Assembly: GCA_035631035.1 (NCBI GenBank)
Contig: DASQJL010000112.1
Span: forward strand, 3,327 to 67,326
Length of the DNA stretch: 64,000 bases
Source of the DNA: Candidatus Binatia bacterium
GTDB lineage: Bacteria > Eisenbacteria > RBG-16-71-46 > SZUA-252
Direction: 5' to 3'
Positions 34,098-43,501 of the stretch are shown piece by piece; the first letter of the stretch is position 1; each line of letters starts with the position of its first letter. The notes beneath the pieces are model-generated. The model was not told where the DNA came from and did no database searches. It was given only the letters and a program-made list of their open reading frames with translations. The translations under genes and the position numbers were made by a program.

Positions 34098-34807
34098 ACT
34101 GCCGGTCCGCGGAAAACCTCTTCTCGTCGTTCGTCGAAGACGAGCTGAGCCAGAGGGAGCGCCGCTCCCTCGAGGGTCATCTGGAGGAGTGCGCGGCATG
34201 CTCGGCCGCGGTGCAGGAGCTGCGCGTCACGGTGGAGCTCCTGAGCGCGCTCCCGTCCTACGAGACGGGCCCCGCGTTCGAGGAAGAGGTCATGGACCGC
34301 ATCCGCTCGGGCGAGGCCCTGCGCCCCAGCCTGGTCGAGTGGCTCTCGGAGCATCTCGGCCCCGCGCGGCTCCGTCCGGTGTTCCTGGCCGGCGCGGCGG
34401 GCTGCGCGCTCTGGATCGCCTTCCTGCTGGTGAACCCGGGCCGGAACGCGGCGCCCAACGGCGACGCCCAGATCGCGGGCGCGGGCACGGCTCCGAAGAC
34501 CGAGCAGACTGCGACTGCCCGGACTCCGGCCGTCGCGAGCGCCGTCCCGACTCCCGCGGCTCCCGCCGGCGACGTGGTCGCTTCGGCGCCCGCGCGCGTG
34601 GCGCCTTCGCGGACGAGCTCCGTCCCGGCCGCGCTGGAAGGAACGGCCGCCGCGTCCGGATCGGCCGACTCCGCCCGGATCAACGCGCCGTACCAGGACG
34701 AATACATCCTGGATCAGTTCTACCTGAACCGCTCCGGAGAAGACGGAGTCCACTCGATCGTGCCCGTCTCGGGTCGCACCACCGATGACGTGTACATCAC
34801 GTTCTGA
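34094..34807 (+). CDS. zf-HC2 anti-sigma factor, single-pass membrane protein
   Basis: ATGA overlap with the sigma gene. It has the N-terminal H-x3-C-x2-C motif (EGHLEECAAC) and a TM helix (VFLAGAAGCALWIAFLLV). The extracytoplasmic domain is Ala/Pro-rich. Confidence 0.85.
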   Translation: MNCRSAENLFSSFVEDELSQRERRSLEGHLEECAACSAAVQELRVTVELLSALPSYETGPAFEEEVMDRIRSGEALRPSLVEWLSEHLGPARLRPVFLAGAAGCALWIAFLLVNPGRNAAPNGDAQIAGAGTAPKTEQTATARTPAVASAVPTPAAPAGDVVASAPARVAPSRTSSVPAALEGTAAASGSADSARINAPYQDEYILDQFYLNRSGEDGVHSIVPVSGRTTDDVYITF

Positions 34808-34832
34808 CCGGAGTCGCGGTCATAGCGCCGCG

Positions 34833-36047
34833 ATGAAGCTTCGCGCCGCCGCGGCGGGACTCGCGCTTCTCGCCGCGCCGTTCCTCGGGGGCGCCGCCGC
34901 CCCCGCCGCTCCGGGGCCGCTCCGCCCCGAGTCGAGCCCCTTCCTGGGCGTGCTCGACTCGCTCCAGGCCTCCATCCTCACCATCGTCGCCGTTCCCGAG
35001 GCGCAGCGCAGCGCGCCCGCGGGCGTGAAGCGCAAGCGCCTGATCGGGACCGGCGTCGCGACGAACGATCGCGACATCGTCACCACCGCCGGCCTCGCCT
35101 TCCCCAACGGCGACGTGCGCGTGATGCTGGGCGGCGGCGTCGAGCGCCGCGCGGTGCTGCGCGGCGTGGACCGGCAGTCCAACCTCGCGGTGTTCCGCCT
35201 GGAGGAGCCGGTGCTCCACACGCTCCGCCGCGCGGCCCCGCAGTCGCTCGCGGTCGGAACCTGGGTGGCGGTCATCTCCAACATCACCGTCTCCCGCCCG
35301 CAGGCCGCGATCGGACAGGTCGTCGGCCGCGGCGAGCGCGTCGACTTTCCCTACTCGGGCGACGTCATCGAGATCGACGCGCCCGGCTACCCGGCGTCGG
35401 CCGGAGGCGCCGTCGTGAACGAGGACGGCGAGTGGGTCGCGCTGGTCGTGGGGCGCGGGCTCCAGGGCCCCAACTCCGGCGAGACCTCGCGGGTCGGCGA
35501 TCCCGAGCGGCCGGGAAGGCCACCGACCGGCGGGGTGCTCCTCGCCGTTCCGGTGGATCAGGTGGAGCGGATCGTCGCCGATCTGGGCGACCACGGCACC
35601 GTGCAGCGCGGCTTCCTGGGCATCCGGCTGAAGCGCGGCCCGGTTTCCCCCGAGGATACGCTCGGCGTGCGCGTCGACGACGTGATCGCCGGCAGCCCCG
35701 CCGCCGTCGCGGGCGTCCGCGCGGGGGACCACATCCTCGCCATGGACGGCCAGGAAGTGCGCTCGGCCGAGGAGCTGGTCTCGATGGTCTCCGCGCTGCG
35801 TCCCGGGTACGACACCGAGGTGACGATCCTGCGCGACGCCGAGATCCTTCCGCTCCGCATCGTCGTGGGCTCGAACCTCACCGGCCCCCGCCCCGAGGGG
35901 GCGCGCTCCGAGGCCCCGCCCGCCCTGAATGCCGCCGACAAGAAGGCGCTTCGGGAGCACCTGCTGAAGCTCCGCGAGGAGCAGCGGGCCCTGGAAGAGC
36001 GTCTCCGGGGGATGGAAGCGTCGGATTCGCTGGGCCAGAATCGCTAG
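34833..36047 (+). CDS. HtrA/DegS-family PDZ protein with apparently degenerate catalytic triad (pseudoprotease candidate)
   Basis: ATG 34833 in track ORF 34785..36047, with a signal peptide. The chymotrypsin-fold blocks align by eye with DegS. However, IITNKHV is IVTTAGL here, TDLAVLKI is SNLAVFRL, and HGNSGGALVN is PASAGGAVVN. The PDZ is retained (GFLGIRL...GVRVDDVIAGSPAAVAGVRAGDHILAMDGQEV). The C-terminus looks like a coiled coil. Confidence 0.7.
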   Translation: MKLRAAAAGLALLAAPFLGGAAAPAAPGPLRPESSPFLGVLDSLQASILTIVAVPEAQRSAPAGVKRKRLIGTGVATNDRDIVTTAGLAFPNGDVRVMLGGGVERRAVLRGVDRQSNLAVFRLEEPVLHTLRRAAPQSLAVGTWVAVISNITVSRPQAAIGQVVGRGERVDFPYSGDVIEIDAPGYPASAGGAVVNEDGEWVALVVGRGLQGPNSGETSRVGDPERPGRPPTGGVLLAVPVDQVERIVADLGDHGTVQRGFLGIRLKRGPVSPEDTLGVRVDDVIAGSPAAVAGVRAGDHILAMDGQEVRSAEELVSMVSALRPGYDTEVTILRDAEILPLRIVVGSNLTGPRPEGARSEAPPALNAADKKALREHLLKLREEQRALEERLRGMEASDSLGQNR

Positions 36048-36102
36048 GTCGCGCGGCTTTCGGTGAAGTTCCCACGCAGCGTGTGCTAGCCTGCGGCCGT
36101 CC

Positions 36103-37272
36103 ATGACGGTCCGCTCCCCTTCATCCCGACCGAAATCGCGCGCGATCCGCGTCCGCGTGCGCGGCGCCGACTCGTCGTACGTCGTGCGCGTGGAGCGAGG
36201 GCTGCTCGCGCGCGCCGGAGCCTGCGTGCGCGCGGCCCTCTCCGGCCCGCGGAAACGCGGGCCCTCCCGCGTCGTGGCGCTCGTGACCGATCGCACCGTC
36301 GCGCGCCTCTACGGGGCGCGGGTGGAGGGCTCGCTCCGCCGCGCCGGATTCCGCGTCGTCCGGAGCGTGATCGCCCCGGGCGAGGAATCGAAGCGGTTCG
36401 AGACCGTGCGCGCGCTGGCCGAGGGATGGGCTCGGGCGGGCCTCACGCGCGACGCGGTGGTCGTGGCGCTGGGGGGCGGCGTCGTCTCCGACACGGCGGG
36501 ATTCGCCGCCGCGGCGTACACCCGCGGACTTCCCTGGATCGCGTTTCCCACCACGACCCTCGCGCAGGCCGACGCCGCCATCGGCGGGAAGACCGGCGTG
36601 AACCTCGCCGCGGGGAAGAACCTCCTCGGCGCCTTCCACCAGCCGCGCGGCGTCTTCGCCGACCCCGACGCGCTCGCCACGCTCCCGGGGCGCGCGTTCC
36701 GCTCGGGGCTGGCGGAGGTGGCCAAGATCGGGATGATCCGCCGGCCCGCCCTCCTGCGCGGGCTCGACGCCATCGCGGAGTCGCTCGCGGGGAAGCGCGC
36801 GGCGCGCGACGCGGCCGCCGCGGCGCTGGGGCCGCTGCTGCGCGAGTGCGCGGCCACCAAGGCGTGGTACGTCGAGCAGGACGAGCGCGACACGGGGATC
36901 CGCCGCGAGCTCAACTTCGGCCACACGGTCGGCCATGCGCTGGAGGCGGCGGGCGGCTACCGCCTCTATCAGCACGGCGAGGCGGTCGCGGTGGGGATGG
37001 CGGCCGAGCTTCGGATGAGCGTGCTCCACGCGGGACTCGATCCCGTCGACGCGCAGGAGACCGAGCGGCTGATCGCGAGGCTCGGCCTCCCGACCCGGAT
37101 CCCGCGCGCGCCCGGCGAGCGCTTCTGGAATGCGCTCGCCCGGGACAAGAAGCGTGGACGGACGCGTCTCCGAGTGGTATTGTGCCCCGCGATCGGCACC
37201 GCCGAAATATTTGAGTTGTCGTCGCTTACCTCCCTTCGGCGCGTCGTCGAAAGCCTCGTCATGCGATCCTGA
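36103..37272 (+). CDS. aroB: 3-dehydroquinate synthase
   Basis: Blocks: VVALGGGVVSDTAGFAAAAYTRGLPWIAFPTTTLAQADAAIGGKTGVN, GKNLLGAFHQP, ELNFGHTVGHALE and HGEAVAVGM. Confidence 0.9.
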   Translation: MTVRSPSSRPKSRAIRVRVRGADSSYVVRVERGLLARAGACVRAALSGPRKRGPSRVVALVTDRTVARLYGARVEGSLRRAGFRVVRSVIAPGEESKRFETVRALAEGWARAGLTRDAVVVALGGGVVSDTAGFAAAAYTRGLPWIAFPTTTLAQADAAIGGKTGVNLAAGKNLLGAFHQPRGVFADPDALATLPGRAFRSGLAEVAKIGMIRRPALLRGLDAIAESLAGKRAARDAAAAALGPLLRECAATKAWYVEQDERDTGIRRELNFGHTVGHALEAAGGYRLYQHGEAVAVGMAAELRMSVLHAGLDPVDAQETERLIARLGLPTRIPRAPGERFWNALARDKKRGRTRLRVVLCPAIGTAEIFELSSLTSLRRVVESLVMRS

Positions 37273-37285
37273 GCGTGGGGAGACC

Positions 37286-38161
37286 ATGCCCGACCAACTC
37301 GCCGAAACCCGTACGAAACGACTCGAAGAAACCGTAGCGCGCGATCCCTCGACCGCGCTCTATCTGCCGCTCGCGGAATGCCTTCGCGAGGAGGGGCGTG
37401 TCGAAGAGGCGATCCGCCTCTGCGAGGCGCGGAAGAACCGGCCCGGACACGGAGTCGGCGACGCCATCGTCCTCGGCCGCTGCTACCTGGCCGACGGACG
37501 CCTGAACGAGGCGCGCGCCGCGTTCGAGGCGGCGCTCGCGCTCGATCGCGAGAACGTGTCCGCCTTGAAAGCGCTCGCGGGGATCCTGGCTCACGAGGGG
37601 CGGCACGCCCGCTCGGTCGAGCTCTACCGCGCCGTCTGCCGCGTCGATCCCGGCGATCTCGAGTCCCAGACCGCGCTCCACCAGATCACCTCGGGCGAGT
37701 ACGCCGACGTCTGTCCCGCCGACGTGGTCGTCGGCCAGGGGGACCTCGGCTGGCACCCGGTGCGCCTGCCGCGCGAAGAGGAGCACCTCTCCGCGCTCGG
37801 CCTCGGTCTCCGCACGATCGAGAGCTTCGGGGAGGAGTCGTCCGCGTCCGCCGCCGAGCGCGATCGCGCGCGGAGCTTCCAGGAGCTGAGCCTGGACGCG
37901 CCCGCGACGGCCGAGCGCGTCGCCGCGACGCCGCCAACACCGCCCGCTCCGCCCGCGCCCGCGGCATCCGCTCCCGCGGCGGCCGGGCCGGCGACGGCGC
38001 CCGCGGATCTCGGGACCGCGCCCGCCGCCTTCCGCGCCGCGCCCGGCATGAACGGCTCCAACGATCCCACTTCCAACGCCGCGCAGCCGCCGGAGGAACC
38101 GGTGGGCGGGAATCGTCCGGCGTTCGAGGACTGGCTCCGCCGCCTGGGCGGGGGCTCTTGA
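37286..38161 (+). CDS. TPR protein with Pro/Ala-rich C-terminal half
   Basis: ATG 37286 in track ORF 37130..38161. TPR-like units are present ([81 protein letters not shown]). The sequence then reads [26 protein letters not shown]... Confidence 0.7.
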   Translation: MPDQLAETRTKRLEETVARDPSTALYLPLAECLREEGRVEEAIRLCEARKNRPGHGVGDAIVLGRCYLADGRLNEARAAFEAALALDRENVSALKALAGILAHEGRHARSVELYRAVCRVDPGDLESQTALHQITSGEYADVCPADVVVGQGDLGWHPVRLPREEEHLSALGLGLRTIESFGEESSASAAERDRARSFQELSLDAPATAERVAATPPTPPAPPAPAASAPAAAGPATAPADLGTAPAAFRAAPGMNGSNDPTSNAAQPPEEPVGGNRPAFEDWLRRLGGGS

Positions 38162-38634
38162 TGGCGGCATCGCGGGACGTCTGGGTGCTCCATGGCCCGA
38201 ACCTGGGCCTCCTGGGCCGCCGCGAACCCGAGCTCTACGGCAGGAACGCGCTCGCGGCCATCGACAAGCGCCTCGCCGCGCTCGGCGAGGAGCTGGGCTT
38301 GAACGTCACCAGCTTCCAGACCAACCACGAAGGGGCGCTGATCGACCGGCTGACGATCGCGATGGACGAAGCGGACGGCTGCCTGTTGAACCCCGCGGCG
38401 TTCACGCACACCAGCCTGGCGCTCGCCGACACGCTCCGCTCGGTCACGATCCCGGTCGTCGAGGTGCACCTCACCAATCTCTACGCGCGCGAGCGGGAGC
38501 GGCAGACCAGCCTCACCGGCTCCGCCGTGCGCGGCGTCATCATGGGGCTGGGCGCCATGAGCTACGATCTGGGCCTTCGGGCCCTCGATGCGCTGCTCCG
38601 CGCCGGCAAGCGAGGACGAGGGCAGGGACGATGA
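38161..38634 (+). CDS. aroQ: Type II 3-dehydroquinate dehydratase
   Basis: ATG 38161 (TGATG overlap). Blocks: [40 protein letters not shown] and [12 protein letters not shown]. Confidence 0.9.
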   Translation: MAASRDVWVLHGPNLGLLGRREPELYGRNALAAIDKRLAALGEELGLNVTSFQTNHEGALIDRLTIAMDEADGCLLNPAAFTHTSLALADTLRSVTIPVVEVHLTNLYARERERQTSLTGSAVRGVIMGLGAMSYDLGLRALDALLRAGKRGRGQGR

Positions 38635-39095
38635 ATCTCCGCAGGCAGATCACCGAGCTGGTGAAGCTCATGCGCGAGGAGGACCTGGCCGAGGTCGAGG
38701 TGCGGCGCTGGTTCTCGACCATCCGGATCCGCCGTCCCGGCGTCGAGATGGCGGCCGCGTCGGCCCCCGCGCGCGAGACGCACGCGGCGGCTCCCGCCGC
38801 GGCGGCCGCGGCGGAGGCCGAAGAGTCGAAGAACCTGGTGCCGATCAAGTCGCCGATGGTCGGGACGTTCTACCGCTCGCCCGCGCCCGACGCCGACCCC
38901 TACGTCGAGCAGAACAGCTACGTGGACGTGGGGCAGACGGTCTGCATCGTGGAAGCGATGAAGCTCATGAACGAGATCGAATCGGACGTGAAGGGGCGGA
39001 TCGCCCGCATCCTGGTCGAGAACGCCCAGCCCGTCGAATACGGGCAGATCCTCTTCCTCGTGGAAACCGACGGGTCCGCCGAGCGGGCGGCCTAG
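38631..39095 (+). CDS. accB: Biotin carboxyl carrier protein of acetyl-CoA carboxylase
   Basis: ATGA overlap with aroQ. It has an Ala-rich linker followed by the biotinyl domain, with [15 protein letters not shown]. Confidence 0.9.
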   Translation: MNLRRQITELVKLMREEDLAEVEVRRWFSTIRIRRPGVEMAAASAPARETHAAAPAAAAAAEAEESKNLVPIKSPMVGTFYRSPAPDADPYVEQNSYVDVGQTVCIVEAMKLMNEIESDVKGRIARILVENAQPVEYGQILFLVETDGSAERAA

Positions 39096-39103
39096 GAGAA
39101 TCG

Positions 39104-40222
39104 ATGAACATCAAGCGCGTCCTGCAGCAGATGGTGGAGATGAAGGCTTCCGACCTCCACGTGAAGGTGGGCACCAAGCCCACGGCCCGGGTGCATGGAC
39201 TGCTCGTCGCGATCGACGAGCCGGCGCCCTCGCAGGCCGATCTGGAAGCGGTCGTGGACCAGATCCTCACGCCGAAGCAGAAGAAGGTCTTCGAGGAGAC
39301 GAAAGAGGTCGACTTCGCCTTCGGCGTCACCGGACTCGCGCGCTTCCGCACGAACTTCTACCAGCAGCGCGGCACGACGGCGATGGTCTTCCGCCAGGTG
39401 CCGGCCACGGTGCCGGCGTTCGAGGAGCTGAACCTCCCGCCGGTCATCGAAGAGCTGGCCGCCCGCCCGCGCGGGCTGGTCCTGGTCTGCGGCACGGTCG
39501 GCAGCGGCAAGTCGACCACGCTCGCGGCCATGCTCGACTCGCTGAACCGCCGCGAGGCGCGGAACGTCATCACGATCGAGGACCCGGTCGAGTTCCTCTT
39601 CCGCGACAAGAAGTGCACCATCAGCCAGCGCGAGATCGGCCTCGACACCGCCACGTTCGCCGAGGGGCTGCGGCACATCCTGCGGCAGGACCCCGACGCC
39701 ATCATGATCGGCGAGATCCGGGACGCCGAGACGATGCGCATCGCGCTCATGGCCGCGGACACCGGCCACCTCGTCCTCTCCACGCTGCACACCGTGGACG
39801 CCACGCAGACGGTGAACCGGATCATCTCCTTCTTCCCGCCGCACCAGCACGAGGAGATCCGCTTCATGCTGGCCGGAACGCTCCAGGCGGTGATCGCGCT
39901 GCGCCTGGTGCCGCGCTCCGACCTCGAGGGGCGGATTCCCGCGGCCGAGGTGATGCTGGTCACGGCCACGATCCGCGAGTACCTGCAGGACCCCGACAAG
40001 ACCTCGCTCATCAAGGCGGCGATCGCCGAGGGGGTCTCCCAGTACGGGATGCAGACCTTCGACCAGTCGATCATGAAGCACTACACCGAGGGGAAGGTCT
40101 CGCTCGAGAACGCGCTGCGCTACTGCTCCAATCCGACCGAGTTCGAGCTGCGGGTGAAGGGAATCCACGCCACGTCGGACGAGAGCTGGAAGAGCTTCGA
40201 GCGGAAGGAAGAAGTCGTCTAG
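39104..40222 (+). CDS. pilT: Type IV pilus retraction ATPase PilT family
   Basis: ATG 39104 in track ORF 38588..40222, with AGGAGA 5 nt upstream. Blocks: ASDLHV, RFRTNFYQQRG, Walker A LVCGTVGSGKSTTLAAM, ITIEDPVEF, Walker B LRQDPDAIMIGEIRD, His box TGHLVLSTLHT and a PilT-like ATIREYL segment. Confidence 0.85.
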   Translation: MNIKRVLQQMVEMKASDLHVKVGTKPTARVHGLLVAIDEPAPSQADLEAVVDQILTPKQKKVFEETKEVDFAFGVTGLARFRTNFYQQRGTTAMVFRQVPATVPAFEELNLPPVIEELAARPRGLVLVCGTVGSGKSTTLAAMLDSLNRREARNVITIEDPVEFLFRDKKCTISQREIGLDTATFAEGLRHILRQDPDAIMIGEIRDAETMRIALMAADTGHLVLSTLHTVDATQTVNRIISFFPPHQHEEIRFMLAGTLQAVIALRLVPRSDLEGRIPAAEVMLVTATIREYLQDPDKTSLIKAAIAEGVSQYGMQTFDQSIMKHYTEGKVSLENALRYCSNPTEFELRVKGIHATSDESWKSFERKEEVV

Positions 40223-40228
40223 CGCCCC

Positions 40229-41590
40229 ATGTTCAAGAAGATCCTGATCGCGAACCGCGGCGAGATCGCGCTGCGGATCATCCGCGCGGCCCGCGAGCTG
40301 GGGATCGAGACGGTGGCGGTCTACTCCGAGGCCGACCGCGACTCGCTCCACGTGCGGCTGGCCGACGAGGCGGTCTGCATCGGCCCGCCCCCCTCCGCGA
40401 AGAGCTACCTCAACATCCCGCGCATCATCAGCGCCGCCGAGGTCACCGCCGCCGACGCCATCCACCCGGGCTACGGCTTCCTCTCCGAGAACGCGCACTT
40501 CGCGGAGATCTGCGAGACCTGCAAGATCCGCTTCATCGGGCCCACGTCGGAGATGATCCGGAAGATGGGGGACAAGGCGGAGGCACGACGCACGATGATG
40601 GCGGCCGGCGTGCCGATCACGCCCGGCAGCGAAGGGGTGATCGACTCGGTGGACGAGGCGGAGCGCGTCGCCAGGGAGCTGGGCTTTCCGGTCATCATCA
40701 AGGCCGCGGCCGGAGGCGGCGGCAAGGGGATGCGGATCGCCACGGACGAGGCCTCGCTCCAGAACGGGATCCGGATGGCGCAGGCCGAAGCGGAGGCGAA
40801 CTTCGGCTCGGGCTCGGTCTACCTGGAGCGCTACGTCCAGAGGCCGCGGCACATCGAGGTGCAGGTGCTGGGCGACCGGCACGGCTCGATCGTGCACCTG
40901 GGGGAGCGCGAGTGCTCCATCCAGCGGCGGCACCAGAAGCTGATCGAGGAATCACCCAGTCCCGCGCTCACGCCCGAGCTGCGCGCGAAGATGGGGCAGG
41001 CCGCCGTCAAGGGAGCCTCCTCGATCCGCTACGAGGGGGCGGGCACGATCGAGTTCCTGCTCGGCCCCTCGGGCGAGTTCTACTTCATGGAGATGAACAC
41101 CCGGATCCAGGTGGAGCACCCCGTGACCGAGGAGGTGACGCGCCTGGACCTGATCAAGGCGCAGATCGCCGTGGCCGCGGGGGATCCGCTTCCCTGGAAG
41201 CAGGAGGAGATCCGGATGGAGGGGCACGCGCTGGAGTGCCGGATCAACGCCGAGCGCCCCGACCAGAACTTCCAGCCCTCGCCGGGCCTGGTCCGCTACT
41301 TCCACGCGCCGGGCGGTCCCGGCGTGCGGGTGGACAGCCACCTCTATTCCGGCTACACGGTGCCGCCCCACTACGACTCGATGGTCGCGAAGATCATCTG
41401 CTGGGGTCGGGACCGGGCGGAATCGGTGGCGCGGATGCGCCGCGCGCTCGAGGAGACGGTGGTGGACGGCATCGACACCACCCTCTCCTTCCACATCCGC
41501 GTGCTGGACGACGAGGCGTTCCGCAAGGGGGAGATCCACACCGGCTTCATCGAAGAGTTCCTCACGCGCGAGCGGGCGGCCGCGGCGTGA
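40229..41590 (+). CDS. accC: Acetyl-CoA carboxylase biotin carboxylase subunit
   Basis: Blocks: [53 protein letters not shown] and YDSMVAKI. Confidence 0.95.
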   Translation: MFKKILIANRGEIALRIIRAARELGIETVAVYSEADRDSLHVRLADEAVCIGPPPSAKSYLNIPRIISAAEVTAADAIHPGYGFLSENAHFAEICETCKIRFIGPTSEMIRKMGDKAEARRTMMAAGVPITPGSEGVIDSVDEAERVARELGFPVIIKAAAGGGGKGMRIATDEASLQNGIRMAQAEAEANFGSGSVYLERYVQRPRHIEVQVLGDRHGSIVHLGERECSIQRRHQKLIEESPSPALTPELRAKMGQAAVKGASSIRYEGAGTIEFLLGPSGEFYFMEMNTRIQVEHPVTEEVTRLDLIKAQIAVAAGDPLPWKQEEIRMEGHALECRINAERPDQNFQPSPGLVRYFHAPGGPGVRVDSHLYSGYTVPPHYDSMVAKIICWGRDRAESVARMRRALEETVVDGIDTTLSFHIRVLDDEAFRKGEIHTGFIEEFLTRERAAAA

Positions 41591-42381
41591 GCCCCCGCCC
41601 GTCCAAGGTGGTCCCTCGCGCGAGCGAGGGTAGCGGCCTGAAGCGGATCGACCTCTACCTGACGCCGGCCGCCGCCGAGCGCGCGCCCCTGGAGGGGCGC
41701 TCCATCGTGGTCGTCGACGTGCTCCGCTCCTCGACCACCATCGCGTGGGCGCTCAAGAACGGCGCGGCGAAGGTGATCCCGGTCGAGACGGTGGAAGAGG
41801 CGACGCGCCTGGCCCACACGCTGGACGCGAAGACGCGCCTCCTGTGCGGCGAGCGCGACGGGCGGAAGGTCGGCGGGTTCGATCTCGGCAACTCGCCCCG
41901 CGAGTACACCCGGGAGCGGGTCGAGGGCAAGACGCTCGTCTTCGCCTCCACGAACGCGAGCCCGCTCATGGCCGGCGTGCTGGCGGGACAGGCGCAGCGG
42001 ATCCTGGGCTTCGTGAACCTGAGCGTCGTCGCCGACGCCCTCTGGAACGACGGGGCCGACGTGGCGGTCGTCTGCGCCGGGCGGGTCGGGCGCTTCTCGC
42101 TGGAGGATGCGGCCTGCGCGGGCGCCCTCGCGCGGCGGTTGTCGGACCGGGCCGCCGGTCTCGCCCTGAACGACGCGGCCGAGATGGCCGCCGAATACGA
42201 CCGCGCCCACGGCGCCGACCCCGAGGGGATCCTGCGCCGGAGCGAGCACGGCCGCTACCTCATCGAGCTGGGGTTCGAGGAGGACCTTCCCGTCTGCGCC
42301 GCCGTGGACCAGGTGCCTCTCGTTCCGATCCTCAAGGACGGCCGGATCACGGTCCCGGCGTCCACCCCCGCTTCGGTCTGA
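41587..42381 (+). CDS. 2-phosphosulfolactate phosphatase (ComB) family protein
   Basis: GTG 41587 in track ORF 39613..42381 (GTGA overlap with accC). [37 protein letters not shown] and EDAACAGAL resemble the ComB-family pattern. Confidence 0.65.
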   Translation: MSPRPSKVVPRASEGSGLKRIDLYLTPAAAERAPLEGRSIVVVDVLRSSTTIAWALKNGAAKVIPVETVEEATRLAHTLDAKTRLLCGERDGRKVGGFDLGNSPREYTRERVEGKTLVFASTNASPLMAGVLAGQAQRILGFVNLSVVADALWNDGADVAVVCAGRVGRFSLEDAACAGALARRLSDRAAGLALNDAAEMAAEYDRAHGADPEGILRRSEHGRYLIELGFEEDLPVCAAVDQVPLVPILKDGRITVPASTPASV

Positions 42382-42418
42382 GCACCGGACCCACCCTCTC
42401 GCAATCACGGCAGTTGGC

Positions 42419-43501
42419 TCAAGCCGCCTTCCGCGCCCTCCGGAACAGCTCGAACGCCAGCACCCCGAAGAACAGGTTCCCGATCCACGCCGCCAGGAAT
42501 GGCGGGAGCGCGCCGTTGTGCCCCAGCGCCTGGCCGGTTCGGATGAACGCGTAATAGAGGAAGGAGATGAACACCGAGAGCCCGAACCAGACCGCCAGGC
42601 CGCCCCGGCGGGCGCGGAGCGCGAGGGCGGTCCCGATCACCACGACGATCAGGTTGGTGAGCGGGAAGGAGACCTTCAAGTACAGGTCGACCAGGTACTT
42701 CTGCACGCGGCCGCCGCTCTGGTGGAGGCGGCTGATGTAGCGCGACAGCTCCCAGTAGGAGAGCGCGGAGGGATCCTCCTCGGTCTCGGCGAAATCCTCG
42801 GGGCGCTCGGGCAGGCCGGGGATCCGGAGCTCCGTGAAGTGGGCCGCGTTCTCCCCCTCCCGCGTGAAGCGGCGGACGTAGCCCTCCCGGAACACCCACT
42901 GGCCGTTGGCCCACCGCGCGGTCTCGGCGTCGATCCGCCCGGTCAGCATGTGGTTCTGGATCTCCTGGATCACCACCTCGCGCATCTCCCTGGTGGCGAC
43001 GTTGTAATTCCGGATGAGGAAGGTGCGGCCGTTCGCCCCCAGGTAGGCCAGGTTCGTGCGAACGGCGGGGCCCTCCAGGCTCTGCTTCTTGATCTCGCCG
43101 CGATAGATCTCCACGCGCCGCGAGTTCAGGCGCGGGAGCAGGAGCTCGTTGGTCGCGAAGACGAGGCCGCTCGTCAAGAAGGCCGCGAGGAGGAGCGGGG
43201 TGGCGATCCGGCCCGGCCCGATTCCCGCGGCGCGCATGGCGGTGATCTCGTTGTTCCGCCCGATCTGCCCGAGCGCGAGCAGGCAGGACAGGAGCATCGC
43301 CATCGGCAATACCTGCAAGATGATGCCGGGGATCGACACCAGGTAGTAGAGGAGCACCGTCCCGAACGGCACCTGGTTGTCCAGGAAGGTGTCGATCTTC
43401 TCGAACACGTCCACGACGATGAAGACCGAGACGAAGAAGAGGAGCCCCGCCGAGAGGGCGACCAGCTGCTCGCGCAGGACGTAGCGGTCGAGGCGCCTCA
43501 C
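42419..43501 (-). CDS. lptG: LPS export ABC transporter permease, LptF/LptG (YjgP/YjgQ) family
   Basis: Track ORF 42419..43675(-), with the start taken at GTG 43501 (GTGA overlap with the upstream gene). It begins RRLDRYVLREQL, then has three TM helices, a periplasmic domain and three more TM helices. NEITAMRAAGIG is present. The F versus G assignment is based only on gene order. Confidence 0.75.
   Translation of the reverse strand: MRRLDRYVLREQLVALSAGLLFFVSVFIVVDVFEKIDTFLDNQVPFGTVLLYYLVSIPGIILQVLPMAMLLSCLLALGQIGRNNEITAMRAAGIGPGRIATPLLLAAFLTSGLVFATNELLLPRLNSRRVEIYRGEIKKQSLEGPAVRTNLAYLGANGRTFLIRNYNVATREMREVVIQEIQNHMLTGRIDAETARWANGQWVFREGYVRRFTREGENAAHFTELRIPGLPERPEDFAETEEDPSALSYWELSRYISRLHQSGGRVQKYLVDLYLKVSFPLTNLIVVVIGTALALRARRGGLAVWFGLSVFISFLYYAFIRTGQALGHNGALPPFLAAWIGNLFFGVLAFELFRRARKAA

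Noticed and set aside
39613-42381. A 922-aa + strand ORF. Other over-long + strand track ORFs are 1530-3452, 12149-14107, 20244-22529, 25998-27857, 26843-28600 and 38588-40222.
   Set aside because: Only the 3' portion of each is a real gene (comB-like, rsmB, sucC, fabD, fabG, pilT). The 5' extensions are alternate-frame read-through of the upstream gene and translate to Arg/Pro/Gly-rich sequence with no recognisable motifs. True starts were chosen at in-frame start codons that overlap or abut the preceding stop.
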